From IMG/VR virus record IMGVR_UViG_3300003323_000915, positions 1-64,000 of that record: 64,000 nt of DNA. One strand, written 5' to 3'. Made by a program: the position numbers and the translations under genes. Numbering within the stretch: the first letter of the stretch is position 1; each line of letters opens with the position of its first letter. Source of the DNA: a virus. Under the pieces are notes generated by a model. That model made no database searches and had not been told where the DNA came from. It saw only the letters and a program-made list of their open reading frames with translations. This document shows positions 11,001-19,558 of this stretch, one piece after another.

Positions 11001-13812
11001 CACCGATAAAAACGAGATCAAGGAACTCACCGATGCGCAGACAAATCTCATCGACGAGTTTGATAAGAAAGCACGTTCCGGCGGCCGGTTTATTTCCGCT
11101 CTGCAAGACGTGTACAAGTCTTCTGATTTTGCATACAAAGCGGATTACCAGATCAAAAAATACAAAGAGGTCAATAACGGAAAAATACCGAAGGAGATTG
11201 AGGAAAAATTCCGTGACCTTGAAACAAAGCTCAATGCCGCCAATGAGAAGCTTCAAAAGTTAGAAGAGTCTCGAGGAAAAGAGTCTTCGAAAAAAACCGT
11301 ACAGGATATCCGCACCGATCTCCAAGCGCAAAAGGAACGCAGAGCAAAACTTGCCAAGGAACGAAAGGAGAAGATTGATAACTTCTTCGATTCACTGAAA
11401 GTAAAGAGTGATCCAAATAAACTAAACTCCATCACGCAAGTGATTGGTGAGTCTGTTTGGAATGGTTCTATCGAAGTTATGCGTGCCGCTGTGCTTGCCG
11501 GATCTGATGTCGCTATGGCTGTACAGGCCGGAATTGACTACGTGAAAGAACATTACCGAGGAAGCGATTTCGATGAGAATCAATTCAGGACAACTGTCGA
11601 GCCTGGCATCGAAAGGCTGGTGCCGACCGAGGAGGATGTAAAACTTCCGACGATGCGTAACGGTAAGCTGTCAATTCCACGGGCGTTAATACGTCAAGTA
11701 GTGGAGTCAGGCGCAAATACGATTGAGGAGGTAACAAATGATATTCACGATCTGATAAAAGACTCAATGCCGGAAGTGTCTGTTCGTGAAGTGCGTGATG
11801 CTATTACCAAGTACGGCGAGACGCGATCCTTGAGCAAGGAAGATCTTGATGTTAAAATACGCGAGCTAAAACGTGTCGGACGATTGGTGTCATCCCTGGA
11901 AGATGTTCAAAATAAATTACGACCACTGCGCAGTGGTCTTCAGCGCGACAAACTCACCGATCAGGAGCGCCGCATGCAACGGCAGGTCAAAGAGGCAATG
12001 AAGGATTTACCCATCGATGAAGATGAACTTAACCAGCAGTGGAAGACAGCGCTTGATGCCGTAAAATCACGCCTTAAAAATCAGATTTCAGATCTCGAAG
12101 ATCAGATAAAAACAGGTGAAAAAACACCGAAGAAAAAAGGCATAAAATATGACGAAGAAGCGACTGCTTTAAAGAATCAGCGCGATGCTTTGAAAAAAGT
12201 AATAGAGGATATTAACGGCAAAAACGGTATTTCTACCGAAGAAAAAGTACGTTTGGCGATAAAATCAGTAGGAGATAGTATTGCTGAATATGAGCGCAGA
12301 ATTCGTGAAAAAGACTTCGATAAAAAGAAAACTGAGCTTACACCTGAGACTCCGGAATTAAGGGAGATGCGCGCGAAGCGTGATCAGATAAAACAGGTAT
12401 ACAAGCAGCTTGAGAAGGATCTCGGTATTGCCGACAAAAAGAAGCTTGAAGCGTACAAGAAGAACATCAAAAAAACTATTGATCGGTATGAGTCGAGGAT
12501 AAAAAATAAGGATTTCGTCACAGAGAAAAAGAAGCCGCTTGACTTGGATAAAGAGGCGAAGGATTTGCGTATCGAACGCGATAAAATAAAATCTGAGTTT
12601 GAACTTGAGCAAGAAAAAAACAGATTGAATAATCGATCGCTGAGCGAAAAGGCATGGGATACTTTTGTTGATGTGGTAAATCTTCCAAAGTCAATGCTTG
12701 CATCGATCGATATGTCAGCGCCATTCCGCCAAGGTGCTGTACTTTCGTTTGCTAATCCGAAAGCCGGCGCTGCATCTTTCGCTGAAATGTTCCGTCAGGC
12801 GTTCTCCGAAAAGAAAGCAACCGAGTGGCTGGCCAAACTCAAAGAAAGCCCGGTATATGACACGATCAAGAAAAGTAAACTATATATCGCGGAACCGACA
12901 ACGAAACTGACTGCAAAGGAAGATCAGTTCATCTCCAATTTCGCGAGTAAAATTCCGCTGTTCAAAATCCCGTACAAAGCCAGTGAACGGGCGTACACCG
13001 GGTACCTGAATAAGCTCAGAGTTGATGTGTTCGTGAATGGTGCCGACAGACTGCAAGAAGCCGGGTTTACACCTGAATCAAATCCAGAGGCATACAAGGC
13101 TTGGGCTGATTTCATCAACAACGCTACGGGCCGCGGTAACCTTGGCGCACTGGAGGAGGCGGCAACAGTGCTGAATGGATTCTTCTTCTCGCCGAGGTTT
13201 GTAGCATCAAGGGTAAATCTCATGAATCCGATTAAATACGCAAAGATGCCACCAGAAGTTCGCAAGATGGCGATGAAAAATATGATCGCTTTTGTCGGGT
13301 TTAGCGCATTAGTGTTGACTATTGCAAGTGCGGCCGGCGCCGATGTTGAGCATGACCCACGCAGCTCTGATTTTGCCAAGATGAGAATCGGAGACACACG
13401 TTACGATATCCTTGCCGGATTCCAGCAGGTGATACGCCTTTTCGCTCAGCTTTCTTCCGGGCAACGGAAGAGCACAAGCACCGGTAAAATTACAGATCTT
13501 GATGGCAAGAAATTCCCGTTCGAAAATCGTGGTGATGTAGCATTGCGATTTGCTCGATCAAAGCTGGCCCCATCCGCAGGCAGCACGGTGAATTTACTTA
13601 CAGGAAAAGACATTGTAGGCCAGGAGGTTACCATTGAAGGCGAGGCGGTGAAGAATGTGATCCCTCTTTACATCCAAGATATTTATTCATTATACCAGAA
13701 AGAGACGCCAACTGGTCTTGTCTCATCGTTGATCCCGGCATTTTTCGGGGTTAGTGTACAGAACTATAGCAAGAAGAAGGAGAAGCCAAAAGAACCAATT
13801 TCTCCATGGTAA
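8026..13812 (+). CDS. Giant internal virion/ejection protein with zincin-like metallopeptidase segment and long coiled coils
   Basis: 1928 aa; HEAVH (10003-10017) plus downstream YGYTDLHEFFAE; G/A-rich hydrophobic segments; no RNAP DxDxD motif recognised. Confidence 0.7.
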   Translation: MGKQVKWTPPEDDLVVDQNEQEKPAQKWTPPEEDAIVEPVKKKDQPNQSASSSDSQDLGEPSGKSTTNTPQLSEKQKATFRENVLKTPEQKKAEDLKNKFVDTQLKDAVGIDETQSKGFTESFLRTVQSGLSDQIPKEYYAQRLRMSKGNFGDLYDRRSDINAFGGPEFSKQLPKGTSIDAFSEWNNKQDFKTKQKSYDERAKLFLTEKLGAKGFEDLKQKFIQENQEERLGYEKNIQQQNQEVAIKTAGVTQDLKGINGAGDFLSFAGNMIGQALYRAPINLGTGPAGSIISESASIYDQQLDLIAQKEGISREEVIKRGLDKPAEGQALAVLAGTLDAASEFNIVGLFKKAAGKQLTENVVKQFVKGFVRGAAPEAVTEAAQGEIEEFAASKGAGTEYHPDAWRIATNAVGAFIGGGVLGGGANVKLSPILKSMPTQDVVNTATTGQSSNNIKSIEQAADIIDAKVQDADDTTVTKEVKQEEQSTQPEFKEPVITQNQGDDALQISEPTGVLPSSQEGTGSEGSERGGVEPVEQGTGTAEQGSQQKEAGRTNEGTQEKKSILNQDTDLTGEPKEDFMLTEGEQIKKVPDKKSLVNKLEEIGAPKKLIESISKSATLENYNSLLTLGKVYHTLNNAGIENKIYISNLSKLFGYKDTIVHEAVHLASIVAIDDYLYEKENDVKVRYLTDSQRESLDYIDNIFQKAKKKSKVKTYGYTDLHEFFAEFISSEKFRNRLSRDLESKSIVRRVADSIINFIEELTGLSLSKSKNNDVLEQLNKINSEIENVYDGRNKVIQEAVRSGRYVAYIHLGKMTANDAKTIIESAGIKVPDSILKLAKEENNNSQQNTVENENVQQQEQTEAGLGGQIQSTEGETKQRERGGESGRTHSQPGKEEIRSEENGGNGRQRKKSLLNRAHEGVSDEQVKSSIEKHGLTYEVESHISAEKSAQKFIDDVGVENAIEAVRNNEVDDGAAAFVWAKAIDEVGRKLAAATDKNEIKELTDAQTNLIDEFDKKARSGGRFISALQDVYKSSDFAYKADYQIKKYKEVNNGKIPKEIEEKFRDLETKLNAANEKLQKLEESRGKESSKKTVQDIRTDLQAQKERRAKLAKERKEKIDNFFDSLKVKSDPNKLNSITQVIGESVWNGSIEVMRAAVLAGSDVAMAVQAGIDYVKEHYRGSDFDENQFRTTVEPGIERLVPTEEDVKLPTMRNGKLSIPRALIRQVVESGANTIEEVTNDIHDLIKDSMPEVSVREVRDAITKYGETRSLSKEDLDVKIRELKRVGRLVSSLEDVQNKLRPLRSGLQRDKLTDQERRMQRQVKEAMKDLPIDEDELNQQWKTALDAVKSRLKNQISDLEDQIKTGEKTPKKKGIKYDEEATALKNQRDALKKVIEDINGKNGISTEEKVRLAIKSVGDSIAEYERRIREKDFDKKKTELTPETPELREMRAKRDQIKQVYKQLEKDLGIADKKKLEAYKKNIKKTIDRYESRIKNKDFVTEKKKPLDLDKEAKDLRIERDKIKSEFELEQEKNRLNNRSLSEKAWDTFVDVVNLPKSMLASIDMSAPFRQGAVLSFANPKAGAASFAEMFRQAFSEKKATEWLAKLKESPVYDTIKKSKLYIAEPTTKLTAKEDQFISNFASKIPLFKIPYKASERAYTGYLNKLRVDVFVNGADRLQEAGFTPESNPEAYKAWADFINNATGRGNLGALEEAATVLNGFFFSPRFVASRVNLMNPIKYAKMPPEVRKMAMKNMIAFVGFSALVLTIASAAGADVEHDPRSSDFAKMRIGDTRYDILAGFQQVIRLFAQLSSGQRKSTSTGKITDLDGKKFPFENRGDVALRFARSKLAPSAGSTVNLLTGKDIVGQEVTIEGEAVKNVIPLYIQDIYSLYQKETPTGLVSSLIPAFFGVSVQNYSKKKEKPKEPISPW
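9533..9718 (+). CDS. Small basic protein overprinted in the +1 frame of the giant gene
   Basis: MPYKSASQRAYFQVHRKELEAKGVNVEEWNQSSKG..; resembles small phage proteins starting MP(F/Y)KS.xQR; ATG start, A at -3. Confidence 0.6.
   Translation: MPYKSASQRAYFQVHRKELEAKGVNVEEWNQSSKGLVLPNKVASKKKLAERMKERKKRKAS
10577..10765 (+). CDS. Second small basic protein overprinted in the +1 frame of the giant gene
   Basis: MKTYSNKNKPKLGSGGRFKALKEKL..NPGALTASLGRKKYGAKKM; shares MKTYSNK with the 54816..55304 product; A-rich start context. Confidence 0.65.
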   Translation: MKTYSNKNKPKLGSGGRFKALKEKLSKEKGVENPGALTASLGRKKYGAKKMEAMAAKGKKAS

Positions 13813-13837
13813 CTATTTTCATTAAATTTACTCTTAA

Positions 13838-14353
13838 ATGTCGCACTCTATGTTAAACGAAACACTATTCCATCCTGAAACCGGCACCTTCCGAGCAGTA
13901 ACAGGGGGCGCATATAATCTTCCAAATTCCTACGGCGATATTGTTTCCGGATCATCCTTCCCGGTGAAGGGGACAATCCCAATCGCAAATACCCATGTTG
14001 GTACATTCAAATCAACAGGCAAGGCTGTACGAGGAACAGGCACATTTTTCACAAAGCTGATTCAGGGCAGTTTTCTATATGACGGGAATGTTTTACGTCA
14101 AATTGACTATGTGGTTGCTGATGATTTTCTGTTTCTGAAAGAAGGATTCCCGACAGATGTTACGGCTGCAACTGCGGTGAATGTGTGTGTAAATCAGTTT
14201 TACAAAATGATTCTCGCTAAGAGCACGCATGCAACCGCATCTGCGACTTTGCAGGAAGCTCCATTTCGCCCAGGTGATCACACGGTAAATGGCGGTGCAC
14301 CGTATAGCTACGATGCAACAACAGGAGAAATTTCATTTCAGGTATCGCAATAA
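13838..14353 (+). CDS. Putative virion structural protein (beta-rich)
   Basis: T/G/V-rich, with a GKAVRGTGTFFT motif like tail-appendage beta-sandwiches; follows the ejection genes. Confidence 0.45.
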   Translation: MSHSMLNETLFHPETGTFRAVTGGAYNLPNSYGDIVSGSSFPVKGTIPIANTHVGTFKSTGKAVRGTGTFFTKLIQGSFLYDGNVLRQIDYVVADDFLFLKEGFPTDVTAATAVNVCVNQFYKMILAKSTHATASATLQEAPFRPGDHTVNGGAPYSYDATTGEISFQVSQ

Positions 14354-14417
14354 AAATGAAACAATACCGGATAAATAAGGTGTTTACTTGGAATAAAAGT
14401 TGTGGTATTTTTATATC

Positions 14418-14576
14418 ATGCTTTTCTATTTCATCCTTGCCGGAATTGTTCTCGCATTCGTGATTGCGAGGCTCGTGATGTTGTGTTACGAGATAACTAA
14501 AGCTTTCAAACAAATAGAGGATTATTATGGAAAAGAAAAAAAAAGAAAAATCGAAGCCGAAAAAAACGGTAGTTAA
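14418..14576 (+). CDS. 52-aa single-pass membrane micro-protein (not in ORF track)
   Basis: MLFYFILAGIVLAFVIARLVMLCYEITKAFKQIEDYYGKEKKRKIEAEKNGS; promoter-like TATTTTTA 4 nt upstream. Confidence 0.45.
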   Translation: MLFYFILAGIVLAFVIARLVMLCYEITKAFKQIEDYYGKEKKRKIEAEKNGS

Positions 14577-14646
14577 ACCTAAAACATCAGAATCTTCTGG
14601 TCCGCCCAACCCCGTTCCAGTTCCTCCTGGCTCAGGCAATGCTTAA
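14527..14646 (+). CDS. 39-aa Lys/Pro-rich micro-protein (not in ORF track)
   Basis: MEKKKKEKSKPKKTVVKPKTSESSGPPNPVPVPPGSGNA; stop overlaps the start of the next gene. Confidence 0.4.
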   Translation: MEKKKKEKSKPKKTVVKPKTSESSGPPNPVPVPPGSGNA

Positions 14647-15049
14647 CAAACCGTTAATCATAATCTACAGCCTCATTGTTTTGGCGCTAAATTTCATCTG
14701 GATGCCGGTCTACATCGGCGGATGGAGAGAAGTTATACACCCATTTTATTACAAGCCAGAACAGGGCATAACTATCCCGGAATATTTCGATTTCATTGGC
14801 AGATGCCTGTCGTACATATTCATCTCGGTGGTTGTTACTATCCATAGTGAAAAGTATAAGTACCACTTGACAATCATTTCCTATCTGTGGTTTCTGTACC
14901 TCATTGATTTTATTCTCACGTATAATGATCCGGTCAAGTTTGGGGCTATTTTTGGATTAACAGTTCCGCTATCGTATTCGATGTATATGGCAACCGGTTT
15001 ATTGATTTGGCTTGTTGTTGAACTTTATAAAAGCAAACGTTATGTTTAG
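14639..15049 (+). CDS. Multi-pass membrane protein
   Basis: About four hydrophobic segments; lysis-region context. Confidence 0.6.
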   Translation: MLNKPLIIIYSLIVLALNFIWMPVYIGGWREVIHPFYYKPEQGITIPEYFDFIGRCLSYIFISVVVTIHSEKYKYHLTIISYLWFLYLIDFILTYNDPVKFGAIFGLTVPLSYSMYMATGLLIWLVVELYKSKRYV

Positions 15050-15314
15050 ATATTTGCTCGCCCAGGCGACTGTTACACCTATCCCTGACGGGATCTTCTG
15101 GTACTCATTATCCACACTTTTGGCCTTATCGTTAATCTGGGTTCTGCAACGATATGTAAACAAAACTGAAAAATTGCTTGAGAGGCTTGTTGCCGACGTG
15201 TCTTTATTGAAAATAAATGAGGCAACCCAGGATACTACTCTAAAAGAACACGGAAAGGATATCCTCGCGCTCGAGACACGGATCAATGGGTTGCCTCATG
15301 TTAACTACAAATGA
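15042..15314 (+). CDS. Membrane-anchored coiled-coil protein (holin/antiholin-like)
   Basis: Likely start MFRYLLAQ at 15042; one TM helix, then heptad repeat. Confidence 0.5.
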   Translation: MFRYLLAQATVTPIPDGIFWYSLSTLLALSLIWVLQRYVNKTEKLLERLVADVSLLKINEATQDTTLKEHGKDILALETRINGLPHVNYK

Positions 15315-15416
15315 TGAATAAAAGCCACATCAAAAACTGAGCGATGGCTAATATTTTTAGCGATATAACAGTCCTACGAAACATAGCAGCAATAGTGCAT
15401 TAAATAATCTTGCCAA

Positions 15417-15758
15417 ATGCCACTGACCGAGCTGGAAACCAGGTTGATCATACTAGAAGAGCGGTCGGAGAACGCGAGGTTGCAGATTGCCAGGTTTGTT
15501 TCTCATCTCGAAAGCGAGCAACGCGTCACCGGGAACATATCAAAACGAGTTGATATGTGCGAAAAGATGATCGGCAATGCAGAGCACCAGATAGAAATGA
15601 TGGATAAAATTTTACGGAATGGTAACGGTGGATTGGTTGTAAGAATCGACAGACTCGAGCAACGGAACGACGGGAATAAAAATCGCCTAGTTTTAATCAT
15701 CAGTATCGCCTCCACACTTATCAGTTTGATAACACTCATTTTACACACAACGCGATGA
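15417..15758 (+). CDS. Coiled-coil protein with C-terminal TM (lysis-associated)
   Basis: LRNGNGGLVVRIDRLE followed by TM; immediately upstream of the lysin. Confidence 0.5.
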   Translation: MPLTELETRLIILEERSENARLQIARFVSHLESEQRVTGNISKRVDMCEKMIGNAEHQIEMMDKILRNGNGGLVVRIDRLEQRNDGNKNRLVLIISIASTLISLITLILHTTR

Positions 15759-16183
15759 AAGTAGTAATTGAAAGGGTTTATTTACCACAAGAGACATTGT
15801 CAAGTCTTTACGTTGTAAAGGACGATGATTTTGCTGCTGACTTTTTAATATTCAAGTGCAAAGCCCTTGAGCCTCCAGACAAAGGAAATCAACACAACAT
15901 CTCATGCATCCCAGAAGGGACGTATTGGGTACACAAAGAGGCAACATCAGAGGGGCATGAGTACCCGCACTTCCGCGTTGAGAATGTTCCTGGTAGAGGC
16001 GGCATACTCTGGCACGGTGGCAATTATTTCAAAGACACATTGGGTTGTCTCCTTGTTGGGGACTCATTTGGTGACAGAAATAAGGACGGTGTTTTAGATG
16101 TTTTAAACTCCCGGGCAACTCTCCAAAAATTATACGATCTGCTCCCGGATAGATTCCAAGCTACTTATAAGAAAAAGCCATGA
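15755..16183 (+). CDS. DUF5675-family putative endolysin
   Basis: SCIPEGTY, NVPGRGGILWHGGN, DTLGCLLVG, VLNSR motifs. Confidence 0.8.
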   Translation: MKVVIERVYLPQETLSSLYVVKDDDFAADFLIFKCKALEPPDKGNQHNISCIPEGTYWVHKEATSEGHEYPHFRVENVPGRGGILWHGGNYFKDTLGCLLVGDSFGDRNKDGVLDVLNSRATLQKLYDLLPDRFQATYKKKP

Positions 16184-16473
16184 AATACGTCATCAGTAAT
16201 ATAATCGAGTCGCTCCATAACAATCCTGGCGGATTCTCTGCGCGGAAGCTGAGTGCGTTGTATTGCCTTATCGTCGGCATGGTTGTGACATTTAAGTTCG
16301 GGAATTCAAACAATAGCGTTGAGCTTACCATCATATGGGTGCTCGCCGCATTTCTATTTCTAGGCATCATAACATTTCAGCAGATCACTGATTTCAAGAA
16401 CGGCACGAAAGTAACCAAGGAGAATAAAACCACGGTCGTTCAGACACAAACAGAAATAAAAAAGCCCGAATAA
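16180..16473 (+). CDS. Putative holin
   Basis: GFSARKL followed by two TM helices and a charged tail; ATGA-coupled to the lysin. Confidence 0.6.
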   Translation: MKYVISNIIESLHNNPGGFSARKLSALYCLIVGMVVTFKFGNSNNSVELTIIWVLAAFLFLGIITFQQITDFKNGTKVTKENKTTVVQTQTEIKKPE

Positions 16474-16484
16474 ATCGGGCTTTT
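16460..16484. terminator. Bidirectional intrinsic terminator
   Basis: AAAAGCCCGA-ATAAA-TCGGGCTTTT between convergent genes. Confidence 0.8.
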
Positions 16485-16487
16485 AGT

Positions 16488-16793
16488 TTAAGCAGCGGGC
16501 TGTTCAGTTGCCGGCGGCTCTGGCGTTACCGCCGCGATCTGTTTTAGCTTATCTGCCACTCCCTGAAGTTCAGTTAATGCAGCAGCTTGTTCATCTGGCG
16601 ATAATCCGCCAGCACCGAGTTGATTCGTTAGACGAGTGATGTCGTCTGCAATGTTGTTTGTGGCTTCGTTGATCTGTGCGAAGGCCGCGTCGAAATCTTG
16701 CTTTGTGACCATGGTACGTAAGATATGTTTAAGTAAGTGAATAATTTCAGATTCTCCTCCGTTGTGAATGTATACGTGGACGTCGAGTTTCAT
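16488..16793 (-). CDS. Hypothetical helical phage protein
   Basis: 101 aa with its own promoter-like box and terminator. Confidence 0.6.
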   Translation of the reverse strand: MKLDVHVYIHNGGESEIIHLLKHILRTMVTKQDFDAAFAQINEATNNIADDITRLTNQLGAGGLSPDEQAAALTELQGVADKLKQIAAVTPEPPATEQPAA

Positions 16794-16887
16794 AGTGCGA
16801 ATATAGGCAACAAAAATTATTCCGCGATTTTCACTATAATTGTATCCAATATCTATCTCCGATGCACACGTGAGACTGACGCCTTTG

Positions 16888-16914
16888 AAACCCCTGACTT
16901 AGTTAGGGGTTTTT
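16888..16914. terminator. Intrinsic terminator-like hairpin
   Basis: AAACCCCTGAC-TTA-GTTAGGGGTTTTT. Confidence 0.6.
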
Positions 16915-16916
16915 GT

Positions 16917-17282
16917 TTAACCGGCAGAGTACAGAAAGTACGGAGGGTTTAATTCAAGTATTGGCGGTATCTGTTCAACGACTTGTTCCAATCCGCTAAT
17001 AAAGTCATCATTGAAATCTTCGTCATCAGAAAATGGGCTTCCTAATATACGTTTTGAAATCTCAATAAAATTATGGCGTCCTTTAATGTTAAGTAGGAAT
17101 CTGCAAATCTTAACCAGTTTTTCAACATCCTTTACATCAATCCGGTTTTCATCTGGAGCCCATTTGTCGTTAGGATCTGACCAATTGTATGAATGGACAT
17201 GGAAAAAAGTATTCAATACATATTTCTTCCGGAAGTATGCCTCCTCGCCTGTTGGAGTGAATAACGATTGATCAAGTCCCAT
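16917..17282 (-). CDS. Conserved phage protein (MGLD.. type)
   Basis: MGLDQ..EAYFRK N-terminus, FLYSA C-terminus. Confidence 0.55.
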   Translation of the reverse strand: MGLDQSLFTPTGEEAYFRKKYVLNTFFHVHSYNWSDPNDKWAPDENRIDVKDVEKLVKICRFLLNIKGRHNFIEISKRILGSPFSDDEDFNDDFISGLEQVVEQIPPILELNPPYFLYSAG

Positions 17283-17283
17283 C

Positions 17284-18030
17284 TCAGTTTAATTTACCAA
17301 TAACATCCTGCGCCGGCATCACAAAATAATCTTCATCCTCAATCTTCACAGGACAATCTGCGTTTGGTAGGTATACAATTAGATCGCCGACGTTACGCCC
17401 TTCATGGTGCGAATGTTCAATCGTAGCGAGCAACCATTTATTCTCCAGCTTCGACTTAGTAATAATCCCGGCCTTTGTTGTAATCTCCTCCCATGTGTCC
17501 TTCTTCGGCTTCACTAAGATCCATTCGCCTTGTGTGATTATCTTTCCGTCACGCACCACGCAGATCAGGTCCGTGACGCACATGCGGTACACCTCACGGC
17601 CTTTCTCCTTCTCCAGCATATTCTCGTCCTCGGTGACCTGCGGCATGAAATAGACCGTGTCTCCTGCCTGCACATCAACCATTTTGGAGATGTCGGCCAT
17701 GGTCACCACATCGTACTTATCGAATGTGCTCGGGTAATACGACTTATCCGCGTGATTCCGGTACCCCTCGTTGATTCTGACTACGATATCATCGTGGCCA
17801 ACATATTTGTGATACGCGGGCATGCCGTCGTCAATTGCGCGATAGGCAGTATCGGAAAATGCTTGCGGTACTGAGAGAACCTTGCCGCAGATTCTTTTAT
17901 GCTCGTTGCGGTCCATGTCCGTATCATCGATCCACGCAGTATTAAGGAGGATAATGCCGGATTTTGTTTTCCTTTCATTGTATCTGCTTTCAATTTCTAC
18001 GATGAAATAATCTTGAATTGGTTCGATCAT
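17284..18030 (-). CDS. GroES-like co-chaperonin with two tandem GroES-type domains
   Basis: Two mobile-loop motifs (KTKSGIIL; TTKAGIIT), each followed by V..GD.VY. Confidence 0.7.
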   Translation of the reverse strand: MIEPIQDYFIVEIESRYNERKTKSGIILLNTAWIDDTDMDRNEHKRICGKVLSVPQAFSDTAYRAIDDGMPAYHKYVGHDDIVVRINEGYRNHADKSYYPSTFDKYDVVTMADISKMVDVQAGDTVYFMPQVTEDENMLEKEKGREVYRMCVTDLICVVRDGKIITQGEWILVKPKKDTWEEITTKAGIITKSKLENKWLLATIEHSHHEGRNVGDLIVYLPNADCPVKIEDEDYFVMPAQDVIGKLN

Positions 18031-18044
18031 AGATCAAAAGTATC

Positions 18045-18058
18045 GTAACATTTGTTAC
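18045..18058. promoter_or_regulatory. Palindrome GTAACATTTGTTAC (copy 1), next to minus-strand TACTTTTG -7 box
   Basis: Exact sequence; recurs at 33218, 34564, 53318. Confidence 0.7.
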
Positions 18059-18100
18059 TAACCAAGGAATTAGTTACGTTTGTGAACAGGGATGGCAAAG

Positions 18101-18127
18101 AAAAAACCGCCGGCGAACCGGAGGTTT
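18101..18127 (-). terminator. Intrinsic terminator (UUCG loop)
   Basis: Minus strand AAACCTCCGG-TTCG-CCGGCGGTTTTTT downstream of 18148..18393. Confidence 0.75.
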
Positions 18128-18147
18128 AAGGAGTGGGGCTGGAAATC

Positions 18148-18393
18148 TTAAGCGTCCAGCAGCGTTTTGATCTGCGCTACAGTTTGAGCAACGTAGAATT
18201 TCTTCAGTACGCCAGGGCCAAACGATGTAGTGATTGATGACTTAACGCCGGTGAAATAAGTGTTTTTGAAGTTGTAGACACTCGCTGGATCTACACTTTG
18301 AATATCAGCGACGATAAAGTTTTGAGTGTATTTTTGGAATAAGTCGTTGCCTGTTCCGAACTCATACACATCAATGTTGATATTGGTTGCCAT
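18148..18393 (-). CDS. Small hypothetical protein, possibly a virion component
   Basis: 81 aa; monocistronic with promoter-like TATCTTTA and strong terminator. Confidence 0.55.
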   Translation of the reverse strand: MATNINIDVYEFGTGNDLFQKYTQNFIVADIQSVDPASVYNFKNTYFTGVKSSITTSFGPGVLKKFYVAQTVAQIKTLLDA

Positions 18394-18440
18394 GTTGTCA
18401 AATGTTTTAGGTTTGTTATAACAGTCTTAAAGATACGCAA

Positions 18441-19244
18441 TTGGAAAATAAATTACTATTCAAGCATTCCTGCTTCTCTGGGGATCTCATCTACGCGATG
18501 GCTGGCATCAAGGCAATCTGTGAGAACAGCGGGCACAAAGCAGTGATTTACCAATGGCTTGATCAAAAAGCGCGTATCTATGACGGCGCCGAGCATCCGT
18601 ACGGAAACTCAATGATGAACCAATACGCGTTCGACATGCTGAAGCCACTGATCGAAGCGCAGCCGTACGTAGAAGCATTTCTTCCATGGCAAGGCGAGAA
18701 GGTGATGGTCGATCTGGACATGCTTCGCCAAGTGAAATCGCACATGCCTTATGGCAATATCGTGACGTGGCTGCCGATGGTGTTCGCGGAAATGCGGCCG
18801 GAGTATTGGAAGCCTTGGATATCATACGATATTTTCAAGGATAATATAAGTCCGAAAGCACAAGTAATGAATAGAATTCTTATTAATCGGACTTCCCGAT
18901 ACCAAGGCGCATGGATTGACTATTTCCATCTCAAAAAATACGAAGGGCAGATGGTGTTCACTGGGACTGAGCAAGAGTACAAAACGTTCAAAGCCGACTG
19001 GAATTTAGACTTGCCTTATCTGGAGCTGAAAGATTTCCATCAGCTTGCCGTGGCAATATCCTCCTGCAAACTTTTCATCGGCAACCAGTCAATGTGCTTC
19101 GCTATCGCAGAGGCATTGAAAGTTCCGCGTCTTTTGGAAGTATGCGACTTCGCGCCGAACGTGCATCCGTGCGGTGATGGTGGATATTACTTCCGCGTGA
19201 CAGAGGTGTTTCAGTATTATGTGGATAAACTGATGTCAGAATGA
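18441..19244 (+). CDS. GT9-like (ADP-heptose:heptosyltransferase-type) glycosyltransferase
   Basis: HS..SGDLIYAM N-terminal motif and CKLFIGNQSMCFAIAEALKVP C-terminal GT-B motif. Confidence 0.7.
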   Translation: MENKLLFKHSCFSGDLIYAMAGIKAICENSGHKAVIYQWLDQKARIYDGAEHPYGNSMMNQYAFDMLKPLIEAQPYVEAFLPWQGEKVMVDLDMLRQVKSHMPYGNIVTWLPMVFAEMRPEYWKPWISYDIFKDNISPKAQVMNRILINRTSRYQGAWIDYFHLKKYEGQMVFTGTEQEYKTFKADWNLDLPYLELKDFHQLAVAISSCKLFIGNQSMCFAIAEALKVPRLLEVCDFAPNVHPCGDGGYYFRVTEVFQYYVDKLMSE

Positions 19245-19558
19245 AAAAGAATACCAAGCAACAAATTGACCACTTACGAATAGCCCTCAGCATGACAGGT
19301 CTGGCAGTTAATAATCCTACCTGTGATTTAATCTTGACGGTACAATCAGAGATGAAGCGCCTAGGTGAAAAATACTCGCTGCGTGATGCCGCCGCTGTTG
19401 AGGTGTTTATTGAAAATAAGTATAAACCGAAAACCGAAGATAAAAATGAACAAGAAAGTATTCTACATGCCCGGCGAAGAACTGACGGAAGAAGAAAAGA
19501 AAATTGCTTCCGAGACACTCAAGCAACAACAGGAGAAAACCCAAAAGGAACTTGCTGA
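19241..19558 (+). CDS. Hypothetical protein
   Basis: ATGA-coupled to the upstream GT; 3' end overlaps the GroES-like gene. Confidence 0.5.
   Translation: MKKNTKQQIDHLRIALSMTGLAVNNPTCDLILTVQSEMKRLGEKYSLRDAAAVEVFIENKYKPKTEDKNEQESILHARRRTDGRRKENCFRDTQATTGENPKGTC

Noticed and set aside
9225-13634. Many minus-strand ORFs opposite the giant gene and other long genes
   Set aside because: S/F/L-rich antisense shadows of E/K-rich coding sequence, with no start context or motifs
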